The notes below the pieces were generated by a model that was not told the DNA's origin, did not search any database, and worked only from the letters and a program-made list of their open reading frames with translations. This document shows positions 1 through 11,235 of a stretch of DNA of 64,000 nucleotides, piece by piece. Made by a program: the position numbers and the translations under genes. This stretch comes from Paragordius varius (lineage: Eukaryota > Animalia > Nematomorpha). Positions within the stretch are counted from its first letter, which is position 1. Every line of letters starts with the position of its first letter. Location: assembly GCA_964247055.1 (NCBI GenBank), contig OZ176053.1, positions 496,001 through 560,000 on the forward strand, in the 5' to 3' direction.

Positions 1-244
1 ATTGACACATGTCATGTTGACGAAATTTTTACCTTTCGGTTTTAGCTTAAAATAAATAATATCAAGTATTTTTGAATAAACTTTTTTATATATTTCGGTT
101 TATTAATGTTAGATAAGTGCAAAATTTTGCCATGGTTTCGATTCCTTCTATATTTTTTTAAAAATTTAATTTTAAATAGGCCTGGGGTATCCAACTACCC
201 CAATTTGAATCGAAGGACTAAAATGAGTGTGTTGTATCCAAGTG
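1..244 (+). mobile_element. piggyBac-like MITE, right part (truncated by window start)
   Basis: Closely matches 8648-8901; ends ...TACCCCAATTTGAATC-spacer-AAGTG followed by TTAA at 245-248. Confidence 0.8.
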
Positions 245-620
245 TTAATTTTTATATAACTCATAAGGCCATAAACAAAACTACCCATTCTGTTGCATAT
301 ATGGACATTTTTTTCCACCATTTTTATTGTAAAATTCACTTATTAACTTTCATCGCAAAAATCAAACAAATATATAAAAGGTTTTTAAACTAATAGATTT
401 ATCTATCAGATACATACTTCATCATGTTTTATTTTATAATGCCAGATTTTGTGTACTGTGAAAGCAAAAAAAATGCTAAATTATTGCACACTCATCTTTA
501 TTTTATTATAAAATATACGAGTTTTTATATAATAAATTTTGGCCAATTTAATCTTATAATCATACCTTTTTCATAAATATATTTTTAAACCTGATCAACA
601 CATGCTTTAGGTTTTTTATA

Positions 621-3600
621 ATGGGTATCACTGATCTGCGGTTTAATCAGCTTCAGGATTGCTTTATAATCTCTTCGAATGATGGGATTAAAGTCTTTAA
701 TTTGGAGCCTTTGCATGAATTACTAAACTTAACTGTGGACCAAGTGGGAAGTGTATCTTTTGCAGAAATGATTTTTAGGTTTCAAAAAATTCTTTTTAAT
801 AACGTTTTAGAACAAATTTAACGGCATTTGTAAGCGGGGATCCTAAACCAAAGTACGCTGAAAATATTGTTGCCGTATGGGATGATGTTAGAAAAATGGT
901 TATATTTGAATTCCATTTAAATTTACCCGTTTTTCAAATACGATCCACTCATTCACGCCTCCTTATTCAATGCCAAAATCAAGTTAGTATATCAAAATTT
1001 TTATGAGTCATTCTGTTGTTTTTAAAACTGCTTTAAAGCAAATAGTTCCGGTTCTGTACCTTAGCTAAAATGGTTTGGATTCCAGTTCATTTTTCCAATT
1101 AATAAAACAATATTATTTAGCAATGTGAACCAATTATATTTGGAAGCTAGTCAATTTTATTAGATGAGAATAATTATAAAATTAAAATCTATAAAAGTAT
1201 AAGATTCTTATTAAAAATAATGTATTTTATGACTTTGCGATTCCGAATCGGTTCCAAAATAACTCTTCAAGTTTGTTATCTTAATTGCAAAAACATTTTC
1301 TCTTTAGATTCACATATATCAATTCGATATAAATCCACCTGTTCATTTACAAACTATCGATACATGTGATAATTTTCGAGGGCTGTTAGCTCTTTATTGC
1401 CCAATTAAAGAATCATACTTTTGTGATTTATCATCTAACCATCACCCGAAAGATGAAAAAACTCCTAAAGGTAACCAACATGGTCAAAATAACAATCAAC
1501 TCCATTTAATAGCATTCCCTGGCATAAAGTGTGGTACCGTTCAAATTGTCGATATTGATTCCCAGCCGTCTGAAAAAAAGTTTAAAGTTTTTTTTGTTTT
1601 TCAAGTTTATTTCGGGTTGCGTTTTTGACCGCTAAAAAATATTCGGTCTGATTGCTTATAAGTGTTGTATTAAATACGTTAATATTAAGCCAGAGCAATA
1701 AAGTTAAATGTTTAAAATGTTTAATTGACAATATATTGATAAATACTAATTGAAATATGATTAATATTAAAATTGTCATTTTTTTTTAATAAATTTTATT
1801 AGACGATAAATACATGCTTAAAAGTTTTTAATTGTATTTAGCAGTTACCTCTATATATAACCGGTCAGAACCAACCTTAGTTATGATACTTAGAGTTTTT
1901 TTAACAAAAGCAATTGTACTTACTTTTATATGAAATTTAATTTATATGATATACTTTTAATTTTAAATGTTTTATGTAAAAAATAAATAAAATATAGTTA
2001 TCCATCCACCATTATCCGAGCTCATGAATCTCAACTGTGGTGTCTAGCTTTTGATAAAACAGGTCAATTCCGTTTTTAGACCTAAAAAGCTTGCTGAATA
2101 AAATTAATTTTGTAATAAAAACTTAGTTTCTTAAACTTTTAATCTTTTTTTCCATAAAATATTGTGAATTTATCATGCCATAATATTTGATTTTATCTCT
2201 TTGTTATACAATATTAAAAATTGTAATTATACGGACGAAACGTAAAATAAAGACAAATATTTTTCTAAAAGACAACCATACTTTTTAAATCTTAATTAAT
2301 TTAAATTTAACTCTCATTGTCTTAAATTCCAAAGTATAAAATCGAGATGTATATTGGAAACATAATCAATTATATATCTTAGGCTTGTTATTACGTATTT
2401 TACTAGGATTAAATTTAGGTTTGAAAAACTATGGTTATCTTTTATAAAAAATATTTGTCTTTATATTTTTACCTTTCCGTATAATTTCAATTTTTACTGT
2501 ATATCGAAAAATCTAAATTTTTAGTTCAATATCTGAAAAAAATTTCTTTGAATTTTTGTGCAGGTAAATATTTAGCGACTGCATCGAAAAAAGGTACGTT
2601 AATACGTATCTTTAGTCTCCACACAATGTTAATCAATAATTCTACTTGTGTTAGTAATAATTATTCTGATGATGCAAAAAACAACAGTAAATTGAAATAC
2701 CCAAGTGAATTTGCCCCCCACGTTCATCAACCACAAAAACAGCATATGAAAAAGGGTTATTCCGCTTTCCTTATAGCTGAATTTAGACGGGGCACGGATT
2801 GTGCCCTATTTTATTCTATGAATTTTAGGTTTATATTTTATACAAGCTTTAATATCTCAAATTTGTTGTTTTTGTACAAAATTAACGAGTGGGTAGGTAT
2901 GCAAAAAATTTTCCTTTATAAATGTGGAGTTTTAGAGTGGAATTACATTTTTAAGCCTAAAACTACTCATTTTCTCAAGAAAATATTTTCAAACATTGAG
3001 TTTCATTCATTAGAGTTTTAGCTTTACGATTTTGATTATATAATTGAAAAATGTACAATTAAATATGGTTTTTTTTATAGAAAAAATTAAACTTTTACTG
3101 TCTTTATTCAGTCTTTGAAAAAATGGTTAAGGAGCCATATCTACGAACAAACATATTAACTGTAAAATAATATTTTACAATCGTTAAAAATATTTTATAA
3201 TTGACTTTTTAAATAAAAAATTTGAACTTTTCCGTTTACTGATTATTTAAAAAACCTACTGTTTAATTATATTTTTTTATCAATAATTGATACCATTTTA
3301 TATCCTCGAGTTCAATTTCACTTCGAACAATTTAAATTTACCCTTAAACATTTCAAATTCACTCCAAAAAACAAATTATGTGTTTTTGAACTAATATAAC
3401 ACATTATTGCTATGAAATATATCTTTGTGGCATAGTTTATTATAATTTCGGTATTATTTTAATTTACGATAAAATTTTAAATATATAAAAATAGGTAATT
3501 TGTAATCTTAAAAAACACATGTAATTTATTTTATTTGAGGGCCAATTTGAATTGTTCGAGGGTGAATTTGAATTGTTCGAGGGTGAATATGAATTGTTCA

Positions 3601-4223
3601 AGGGTGAATTTGAATTGTTCGAGGGTAAATTTGAATTGTTCGAGGGTGAATTTGAATTGTAGAGTGAATTTAAATTGAAAATAGTATTATATATGGATAA
3701 TTTTTCTCATACTATAGTTTTGATTCAAAGTACCTTTGTTGTGTCAGTGATAAGGGAACAGTCCATATATTTTCCCTTCAACATCTGTCATTGGGCACAG
3801 CGCGCCACAAAAATTATAATTCAATTAATAATAAAATGCATCAAAATAAATCCAAAAACATTCAAAGTGGCGAAACTTTGAATCAATTTAATCATTCATA
3901 TGGCAATACTAGTATATGCTCGTTTCAAATGAGTCCAGGTAATATCATATATATATAAATGTTTTAAATTAACCTCTAATGATTTAATTGAAATCATTTT
4001 TTTACTATATATCAAATTAATGTTTATTGTGAATTTTTTAGCAAATTATTTTTTGGAAATTTATTTAAATTTTTTAAAAGATACTATTTAGTCTTATATT
4101 GAATAGTTTTAAAAATACAGTAAAAATTGAAATTATACGGACAAAACGTAACAAAGGCGATACTTTTTTATTTATCCTATAAAATTCATTTAATTACAAT
4201 TTAAAATATATATTTGATTGTTT

Positions 4224-4269
<46 letters not shown>

Positions 4270-4700
4270 CTTACAGTATTAAACAATGAGTTAGTTATAT
4301 TTAAAAAAAATCAATGTATAAAAAGCATAGTTTTTATACTTTTACGTTTTGTCCGTGCAATTTGAATTTTTACTCCAATTATTTAAATATTTAGAAATGT
4401 TTATTTTTGCCATTTTTAGACAAATTTTGTATCTGTACGTTTGCGTGCGAACCTCTATTGTCCCATGAATCCCCTAATAACGTTCCACATTACATTTATG
4501 CCCTAAATATTGAAGGCTTAGCCCAAAAATATTCTTTCAATGATGGCGGAAAAACTCAACATAGAACGACCCCTGTAATTGAAAATGAAAACAAAAATAC
4601 GCAAAAAAGCATTTCCCTTTTTAGCAATAATAATTCACCTTGTTGTACATGTCACAGGGAAAGTTTTGAAAATTTCCTTCAATTATCACATGAATTGTAA
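621..4700 (+). CDS. WDR45: WD repeat phosphoinositide-interacting protein 4 (PROPPIN/Atg18 family), 7 exons, 477 aa
   Basis: Exons 621-778, 811-982, 1308-1579, 1998-2062, 2564-2828, 3718-3938, 4420-4700 join in frame with GT-AG introns. Motifs LRFNQ..DCF, AVWDD, IAFPGIKCGTVQIVD, IRAHESQL, ATASKKGTLIRIF, FRRGTD, SDKGTVHIF and C-terminal CHRESFENFL resemble human WDR45 as I recall it (WDR45 vs WDR45B not tested phylogenetically). Confidence 0.88.
2209..2499. mobile_element. CAGT-ended TA-target MITE (family C; Tc1/mariner-like), in WDR45 intron 4
   Basis: Degenerate left TIR ...AATTATACGGACGAAACGTAAAA; right TIR ...CCGTATAATTTCAATTTTTACTG|TA. Confidence 0.7.
3292..3680. mobile_element. CCATTT-ended MITE (family B) with 21-bp subterminal array, in WDR45 intron 5
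   Basis: About six tandem GGGTGAATTTGAATTGTTCGA units at 3538-3660; internal sequence shared with 28682-29021 and 33250-33555. Confidence 0.75.
4118..4375. mobile_element. Family C MITE in WDR45 intron 6, containing a (TA)n tract
   Basis: TA|CAGTAAAAATTGAAATTATACGGACAAAACG at left; reverse complement of it at 4340-4375. Confidence 0.75.
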
Positions 4701-4815
4701 CATTTTTTTGATTAAATTAAAAAATTTATAAGCCAAACATAAAAAGTAAAAAGCTAATATGTTTGTTATTTTATAGAGAGAAAATCATATTTTTTTATAT
4801 GGCCAATGTACAGTA

Positions 4816-5050
4816 CAGTAAGAACTGAAATTATTGGACAAAATATTTTTTAAATCTAAAATTTGATCAATATAATCCATTGTTTTAAATGGCAAAGTGT
4901 GAAATAGATATATATATTACTAAAACAATCAATTCAATATTTTACAATTTTAACTAAGCAGCTTATATGGGAAAAGGTTATAAAAAGTATGGTTGTTTTT
5001 TGAAAAAAATTGTCTTGCCTTTACAATTTTACATTTTTTCCGTTTTACTG
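4816..5050. mobile_element. Family C MITE, degenerate
   Basis: TA|CAGTAAGAACTGAAATTATTGGACAAAA ... CGTTTTACTG|TA. Confidence 0.6.
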
Positions 5051-5290
5051 TATTTTTGATAAAAACATACAGATAAAATAATATAGACATAAAAAGTAAA
5101 AAGCTAAAATAGAGAAAATCATATTTTTAATATGGCCAATGTAATTACAATTGTGAAATAATGAATGTGTAACCAATTTACATCACTATTCCTTAATTTA
5201 AAACACAAAACGATACGATATTATATGTAATCAAGGATTAAAAAAATATGGTTTTCTTTATAAATAAATATGGTAGTCTTTTCATTTTTA

Positions 5291-5595
5291 CAGTAAAAAT
5301 TGAAATTATACTATGACCAAAACGTAAAAATATAAAGACACATGCTTTTATTTAAAAGACAACCCCATACATACTTTGTGAAACCTTAATTTTTCCTATA
5401 TATGCTATTTAGTTACAATTTTAATAGAATTAATTGAGTGTAACCATTTATCTCTATTTCACACTTTGCCAGTTTAAACAATGCGTTAAATTGAAAAAAA
5501 CCAAGAAAGATTTAAAAAGTATGGTTGTCTTTTAGAAAAAAATATTTGTCTTTATATTTTTGCGTTTTGTCCGCGTATAATCTCCATTTTTACTG
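5291..5595. mobile_element. Family C MITE, full length
   Basis: TA|CAGTAAAAATTGAAATTATAC... and ...GTATAATCTCCATTTTTACTG|TA; roughly 70-bp imperfect TIRs. Confidence 0.8.
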
Positions 5596-6467
5596 TAATT
5601 TTTGTCTATATAATATTAATTTTACTGTATAAACCAAAAACTAAAATGCCTATTATATTTTAAAACTTAAATTCCAAATATATTACAAGTGACAAAGCAT
5701 AAAATATATATATATATATATATATATAATATAAAGTTATTTATTTATACATTATTATTATACTTCCTATATTAAATAAATTTAATATATTTCATCTAAT
5801 TAACTTTTTATTAATTTGCATTGTGATATAATATGTGCTTTATATATATAAAGATTTGATTTGATTAAATTTTATAAAAAAAGTCATAAAAATCTAAAAA
5901 TATATGAATAAATTTAAATAATTTACAATGTTGACCTTTCGAAAAAAATGAATGTAATTGCTGGTTACCTTGATTCTATTGCACACATGAATTAAATAAT
6001 GCTGTCGGGTATAGTATAAATTAATTTAATGTGGCGTGGTGAAATGTAATATTTAATAACTAAACAAAAAAAGAATTTTTAATTTTTTTTTCTATATTGC
6101 AAAATCAAAATGATCTCATATTTAAGACTAGAAAAGTAAAAGGGTGTATGATATTTTAGAAAAAAATAGTGAAAAATTAAATTTAAGCCTTCCTTATTGT
6201 GAAAAAGTAAAATAAGATTTTTCCATTAAATAAACCAAAAAAACAAATATATGGTATATGAAAATTTGCAATGACTTGTAAAATTGCTTAAGATTTTAAG
6301 GGGCAAACAATTTTTAAAACTTTTCTAGAGATTTTTTTTCCCAAAAATAGAAAAAATATTAAAACATATATTGTACATGAAAAAAATTTGCAATGACTAG
6401 AAAAAAGTGTTTAAGATTTCAAGTTTTGAAACTTTTCTAGAGATTTTTTTTCCAAAAAAGTTGAAAT

Positions 6468-7696
6468 TTAGTGATGACCATGTTCATGATTATTGGGGGA
6501 GCTTTTATCATGCCTTGAACCGGAAACGGGCATCCATTGACCTCCGCGGTACTTTTCAAATGCCGCCTTTATTTGACTCACGTCGGCTTTCAGTTTTCCC
6601 AGGTCGGAACCTAAAAGTCTCACGCTCTAAATAAATAATAAAATTTAAAAATAATGATTAATAAATGTTCAAAATTCTATAATTTTGTAGATTAGTACAG
6701 TAAAAGATTTAAAGTGGCAGGTAGTACAAATGAAAAGTTATAGTAGAATAGTTAATTTCGCTTTCTGGATTGCTATAATTTTATACAAGATTTTAGCGCA
6801 AATAAAAAAAAGTTATGGCTAGTTTGATATATATCTATATAAATGATTACAAAACTATATTCAAACGGGGTAATCTTTGATATGGTAAATGGTAAAATTA
6901 CACATAATAAATTTGCGATAAACCGTATTTAAAGGCTAAAATTATACCAAAATTATATAGCATTTTTTAGCTTGTCCCCATCATATTATATTTAAAACAA
7001 TCTATGAATAAAATTTAAAAAAGTTTTTGAATAAATGACGGATAAAACCGAAAAAGAATATACCGATATAAATTGATGAAATTATTTTTTTTTAAAAAAA
7101 ATATTTTATACATTCGAAAGTGGGTCTAATCCATTGGATTTAGATGGAAGCTTTTCGGTGTCTAATATCGTATTTTTAAGATTCAATGAATTCGTGTTCT
7201 CATGCATATTAAGATTAGTGGTATTGATATTCAAAAGAAGAGATTCCATTTCATTAACTAATTGATTATTCTTGGTTTCGACTGTAAGAGTAAATTGTAT
7301 AAATATCGATTCTTAAGTTTATAATCTGAAATAATTTATGTCCAGATGAAACAAAAAATAATTTGAAATGTTGCAAATATAAAATTACCTTCTTTAAAGT
7401 TGTCTGTTAAATTAAGTATTTCTTGTTTAGTTTCCATGTGCATAAATATTATGGTAATGCATAGTACGAGTGCCAAAAACAACAATATAACAAGTAATAT
7501 ACTGCATACTTGACGGAAACAATTTCCAACCCTTGTAATAAAACAAAAAAATTAACCGAGAAGTTTTTGCACTTTTGTTTTGTTTAACAAATATTACATC
7601 TTCTTCAAGATCACAATCACTGTTGTGAGAACTATGAATACTTCCAGTTTCCAAAGATGTTGCTTTCAATAAATTTTGATACTCAGCCGTGCTCAT
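6468..7696 (-). CDS. Type II single-pass membrane protein with lumenal coiled coil, 4 exons, 203 aa; EFCAB14-like by pattern only
   Basis: Exons 7696-7557, 7531-7389, 7281-7112, 6626-6468 join in frame (introns of 25, 107 and 485 nt, all GT-AG). Product has an acidic N-terminus, a hydrophobic helix VCSILLVILLFLALVLCITIIF and heptad-like segments. The last exon is an open, GC-richer frame from acceptor to stop. Confidence 0.72.
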
Positions 7697-8337
7697 TGTA
7701 AAACCGTATGTTATATTGATATCACGTAATATATATTTTTCGTGTGTTTTAAAATAAAGAAAATTAGTTTTACATATAACGATGACTAAAAACCATATAT
7801 GTTTATAATTTAATCAAAATTGGGATAAATCCAAAATTAAAAAGAATTTTATTAAATTTACTACTTTTATATGTAAGGTGATAAAAATAATTAGTTCAAT
7901 TTGCACCTTAGAACACTGTTTCAAAATTGTTTTTTAAAAAGTCTACATCTTCAACATTATTTTCTGTATTAGTTACTTTAATTTTACACTTTTAACTTTT
8001 ATGGGCTGAAAGTAGGATAGCTCCCGAACCCAATATAATAAAAAGCTTTTTAAATCGTCCATGCTGCTAAAATAAAGTATGAAAGCTTCCCAAAATCTAA
8101 TTGCCAATTTATCCATAATAAACATATTTTCGAGTTCATATGAGAGAATAATTACAGTTAATTAAGCACCTTAACTGCTAAAGAATCCATATATAGAAAA
8201 TTGCCAAATAAATATTTTGGGACGCAAAAACTACGTAAAGGTAATTTGGGGTGAGGCATGAGGGAAACTGTATGATTAAATAAAAACACTTTTTTTAAAT
8301 AAATCGAGTAATCTTCCATTACCTCATTTTGATTTAA

Positions 8338-8901
8338 CACTTCGATTCAAATTGGGGTATCTAAATACCCCAGACTAAATTTGAGTTAGTATTTTAAAAA
8401 AACTACTGAACCGTCCCAATTTAAATTTATGCTTCTATCCTAATAAAAATTATATATATGCTATAATATCTAAATAAAATTTTGTTTTGAAAAAAAAGTT
8501 CCATGTCAAACCGCTTCGACGTCATTTTTATTTTACAAAATTTTTGCATAATATCATCTTCATTTAATTTTAAGAGTAAAATTAAAGCTAAATTTATAAT
8601 TAAATTACATCTAACGTCGATAAAAATAGAAGCGGTTAATTTTTAATTATTTTTCAATTTTACCATTGCACACATGTCACGTTGACTAAATTTTTACCTT
8701 TCGGTTTTAGCTTAAAATAAGTAATATCAAGTATTTTTAAATAAATTTTTTATATATTTCGGTTTATTAATGTTATATAAGTGCAAAATTTTGCCATGTC
8801 TTTGATCACTTCCATATTTTTTAAATAATTTAAACAGGTCTGGGGTATTTAACTACCCCAATTTGAATCAAAGGACTAAAATGAATGTGTGTATCCAAGT
8901 G
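8338..8901 (+). mobile_element. piggyBac-like MITE, complete (564 bp)
   Basis: TTAA at 8334-8337 and 8902-8905; termini CACTT/AAGTG; internal inverted repeat ATTCAAATTGGGGTA..TACCCCAG; no ORF. Confidence 0.85.
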
Positions 8902-9457
8902 TTAAATTTTTTTCGTCTTCATATTTATATTAAATATACATTGGATTTTTATGGAAATGAAAAATTTGAAAGCAAACAAGCCTTTAAATTAAATTTCTGA
9001 AATAGAAATGATCATCATTAATTTACTAAGAAAATTTTAAAGCGTATTTATACCGTTAAATAGTATAAAGTATTTCGCTGATAAAAGTTACCTTTTTTAC
9101 AACAATACTTCAATTGATATATAATTTTATCATATTGTAGAATTTATACCGCGACCTCTCGGATTTTTTGCGTTTACTTAAAGAGAAGAACATTTCAGAA
9201 GAGGAAAAAAATTACAGAATTTCTTAGCTCTCAACCATAAAATTTTTCAAGGATATTGTTTTCGTTTTTATATAAAATATATGAATTTAGGGATATAATT
9301 TGGAATGAAGCATTTATACAAAAAAAATGTTTAACAAAATGTGTCCAAATTTAGCCATTTTCTGATATCGAGTAGTTACTAAAAAAGTGATTCTCTTATA
9401 TCACTCGTAAGGGCCAAAACAAAAAGAACCATAATAATCCTGATACATATTCCTATC

Positions 9458-9497
<40 letters not shown>

Positions 9498-9774
9498 TAT
9501 CTTTTATACCGCCCGAAACGCAGTGCATAATTCAAATGAAGTTTTTACTAAGTCTATTTGCAACGATAGAATTTGATTGACTATACAAGTTAAAAAATGT
9601 AATGATTGCGATCTTGTTTTTAGGTATATACTTTAATAAATTATGGTAATCTTGAATTTTTATATCCATTTTAAATACACAGGAGAGAAATATTTTTCCT
9701 ACATAATAGATTTCGTTGTAGATACGAGAAAAGACATTTAAAATCAATATGGTTTAGCTGTTAATGGTGTTTAA

Positions 9775-10298
9775 CACTTGGATACAACACATTCATTTTA
9801 GTCCTTCAATTCAAATTGGGGTAGTTAAATACCCCAGGCCTGTTTAATAAATTCTTAAAAAATATGGAAGAATCGAAATGGCAAAATTTTGCACTTATAT
9901 AGCATTAATAAACCAAAATATATAAAAAATTTAATCAAAATATTTGATATAACTTATTATAAGCTAAAACCGATAGGTAAAAATTTAGTCAACGTCACAT
10001 GTGTGCAATGGTAAAATTAAAAATAATATAAAATAAACCGCTTTTTCTATTTCTATTAATGTTAGATTATTTAAATAAAAAATTAGCTTTAATTTTATCC
10101 TTAAAATTAAATGAAGACGATATTTCGCAAAAATTATATATGGCGTCGAAGTAGTTTGACATGGAAATTTTTTTCCAAAACAAAATTTTATTCATATTTA
10201 TTTATCTTTTATTAGGATAGAAGCATAAATTTAAATTGGGACTGTTTCCTTCAGTAGTTAAAATGCTAACTCAAATTTAGTCAATTTGAATCGAAGTG
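9775..10298 (-). mobile_element. piggyBac-like MITE, inverted copy with a small internal deletion
   Basis: TTAA at 9771-9774 and 10299-10302; reverse complement of 8338-8901, lacking the palindrome at the short-spacer end. Confidence 0.85.
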
Positions 10299-11235
10299 TT
10301 AATTATAGCTGGTTAGAGGACTAAATATCACGCTAATATTTATTAACGTTTGCAGTTACTATTAGCGTTTTTTTATTATATTTGTGTTTTTACTCCATCC
10401 TATCATGATGATAATTTGAGCTTGAGGTTTAGTTATAATAAAAATAACAGCAGCGGTATTCTAGCTCCAGAAATTTAAATATATTTTCAAGTTCTGCTAA
10501 AAATTGATTCAAATGGCCTGGAAAAACCGTGTTACTCCTAAATTTTTACTAATAATTAAAAAAATACATATATTATTATTTAATCTTACTAAAAAACAAA
10601 AATAAAAAATTAGAGGAGTTATTTCAATAAACTTGATGCCAAGATTTTAGTATATGATCCAGCTCAAGTGGCTCGATAAAATATATCCTAAAGCACAAAA
10701 TATATGGCTCACAAAGATTCCAAAATCTTATAATTTTAAATCGAGCAAACTGAGGATTTTATGAAAATTCATGCGCAAGTTTAAGGCGTAACGGCTCTTT
10801 CACATTCCTGTGTAATAACTTATTATTGTAACATCTATCATGTATAAATCGATATATATTTATTAACATATATACATTACGATATTGTAACGTTTTATAT
10901 CACATTATATTACACTGTTATACATTACCCAATTTATACGAATCTTTTTGGATCAATTAATATTATATAGGTCCATATAAATTTGACAAAGTCATATGTC
11001 ATTGAATATCTGATCGTTTTTGACCCTCTAAGTTATATATGAAGAGATTACTTTAAAATAATATTATATTCACCGATTACAATCCAACCCATTTTAAACA
11101 TAAATTAAGAATACGAGGCCTTTCTTATGTAAAAAATATCTAATGATTTGTAAATAAAACTTATTAATACATGAAATGCAAAAATTTTCAGTCACTTAGG
11201 TAAATCAAAATAAAAGCAAATATGTTTCATAATCA

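Noticed and set aside
106-393. 95 aa ORF
   Set aside because: Overlaps the piggyBac-like MITE end and AT-rich flank; no coding features.
600-620. AG acceptor-like sites shortly upstream of start codons (WDR45, RPB1, SLC6) as signs of trans-splicing
   Set aside because: TTAG/TAG is frequent by chance in such AT-rich DNA, and ALG11 lacks one; needs 5' end RNA data.
3538-3660. 21-bp repeat arrays superficially like CRISPR or iteron arrays
   Set aside because: Units are head-to-tail with no unique spacers, the context is eukaryotic, and they are MITE subterminal repeats.
8158-8340. 60 aa minus-strand ORF in a slightly GC-richer patch
   Set aside because: No motif and no in-phase partner exons found.
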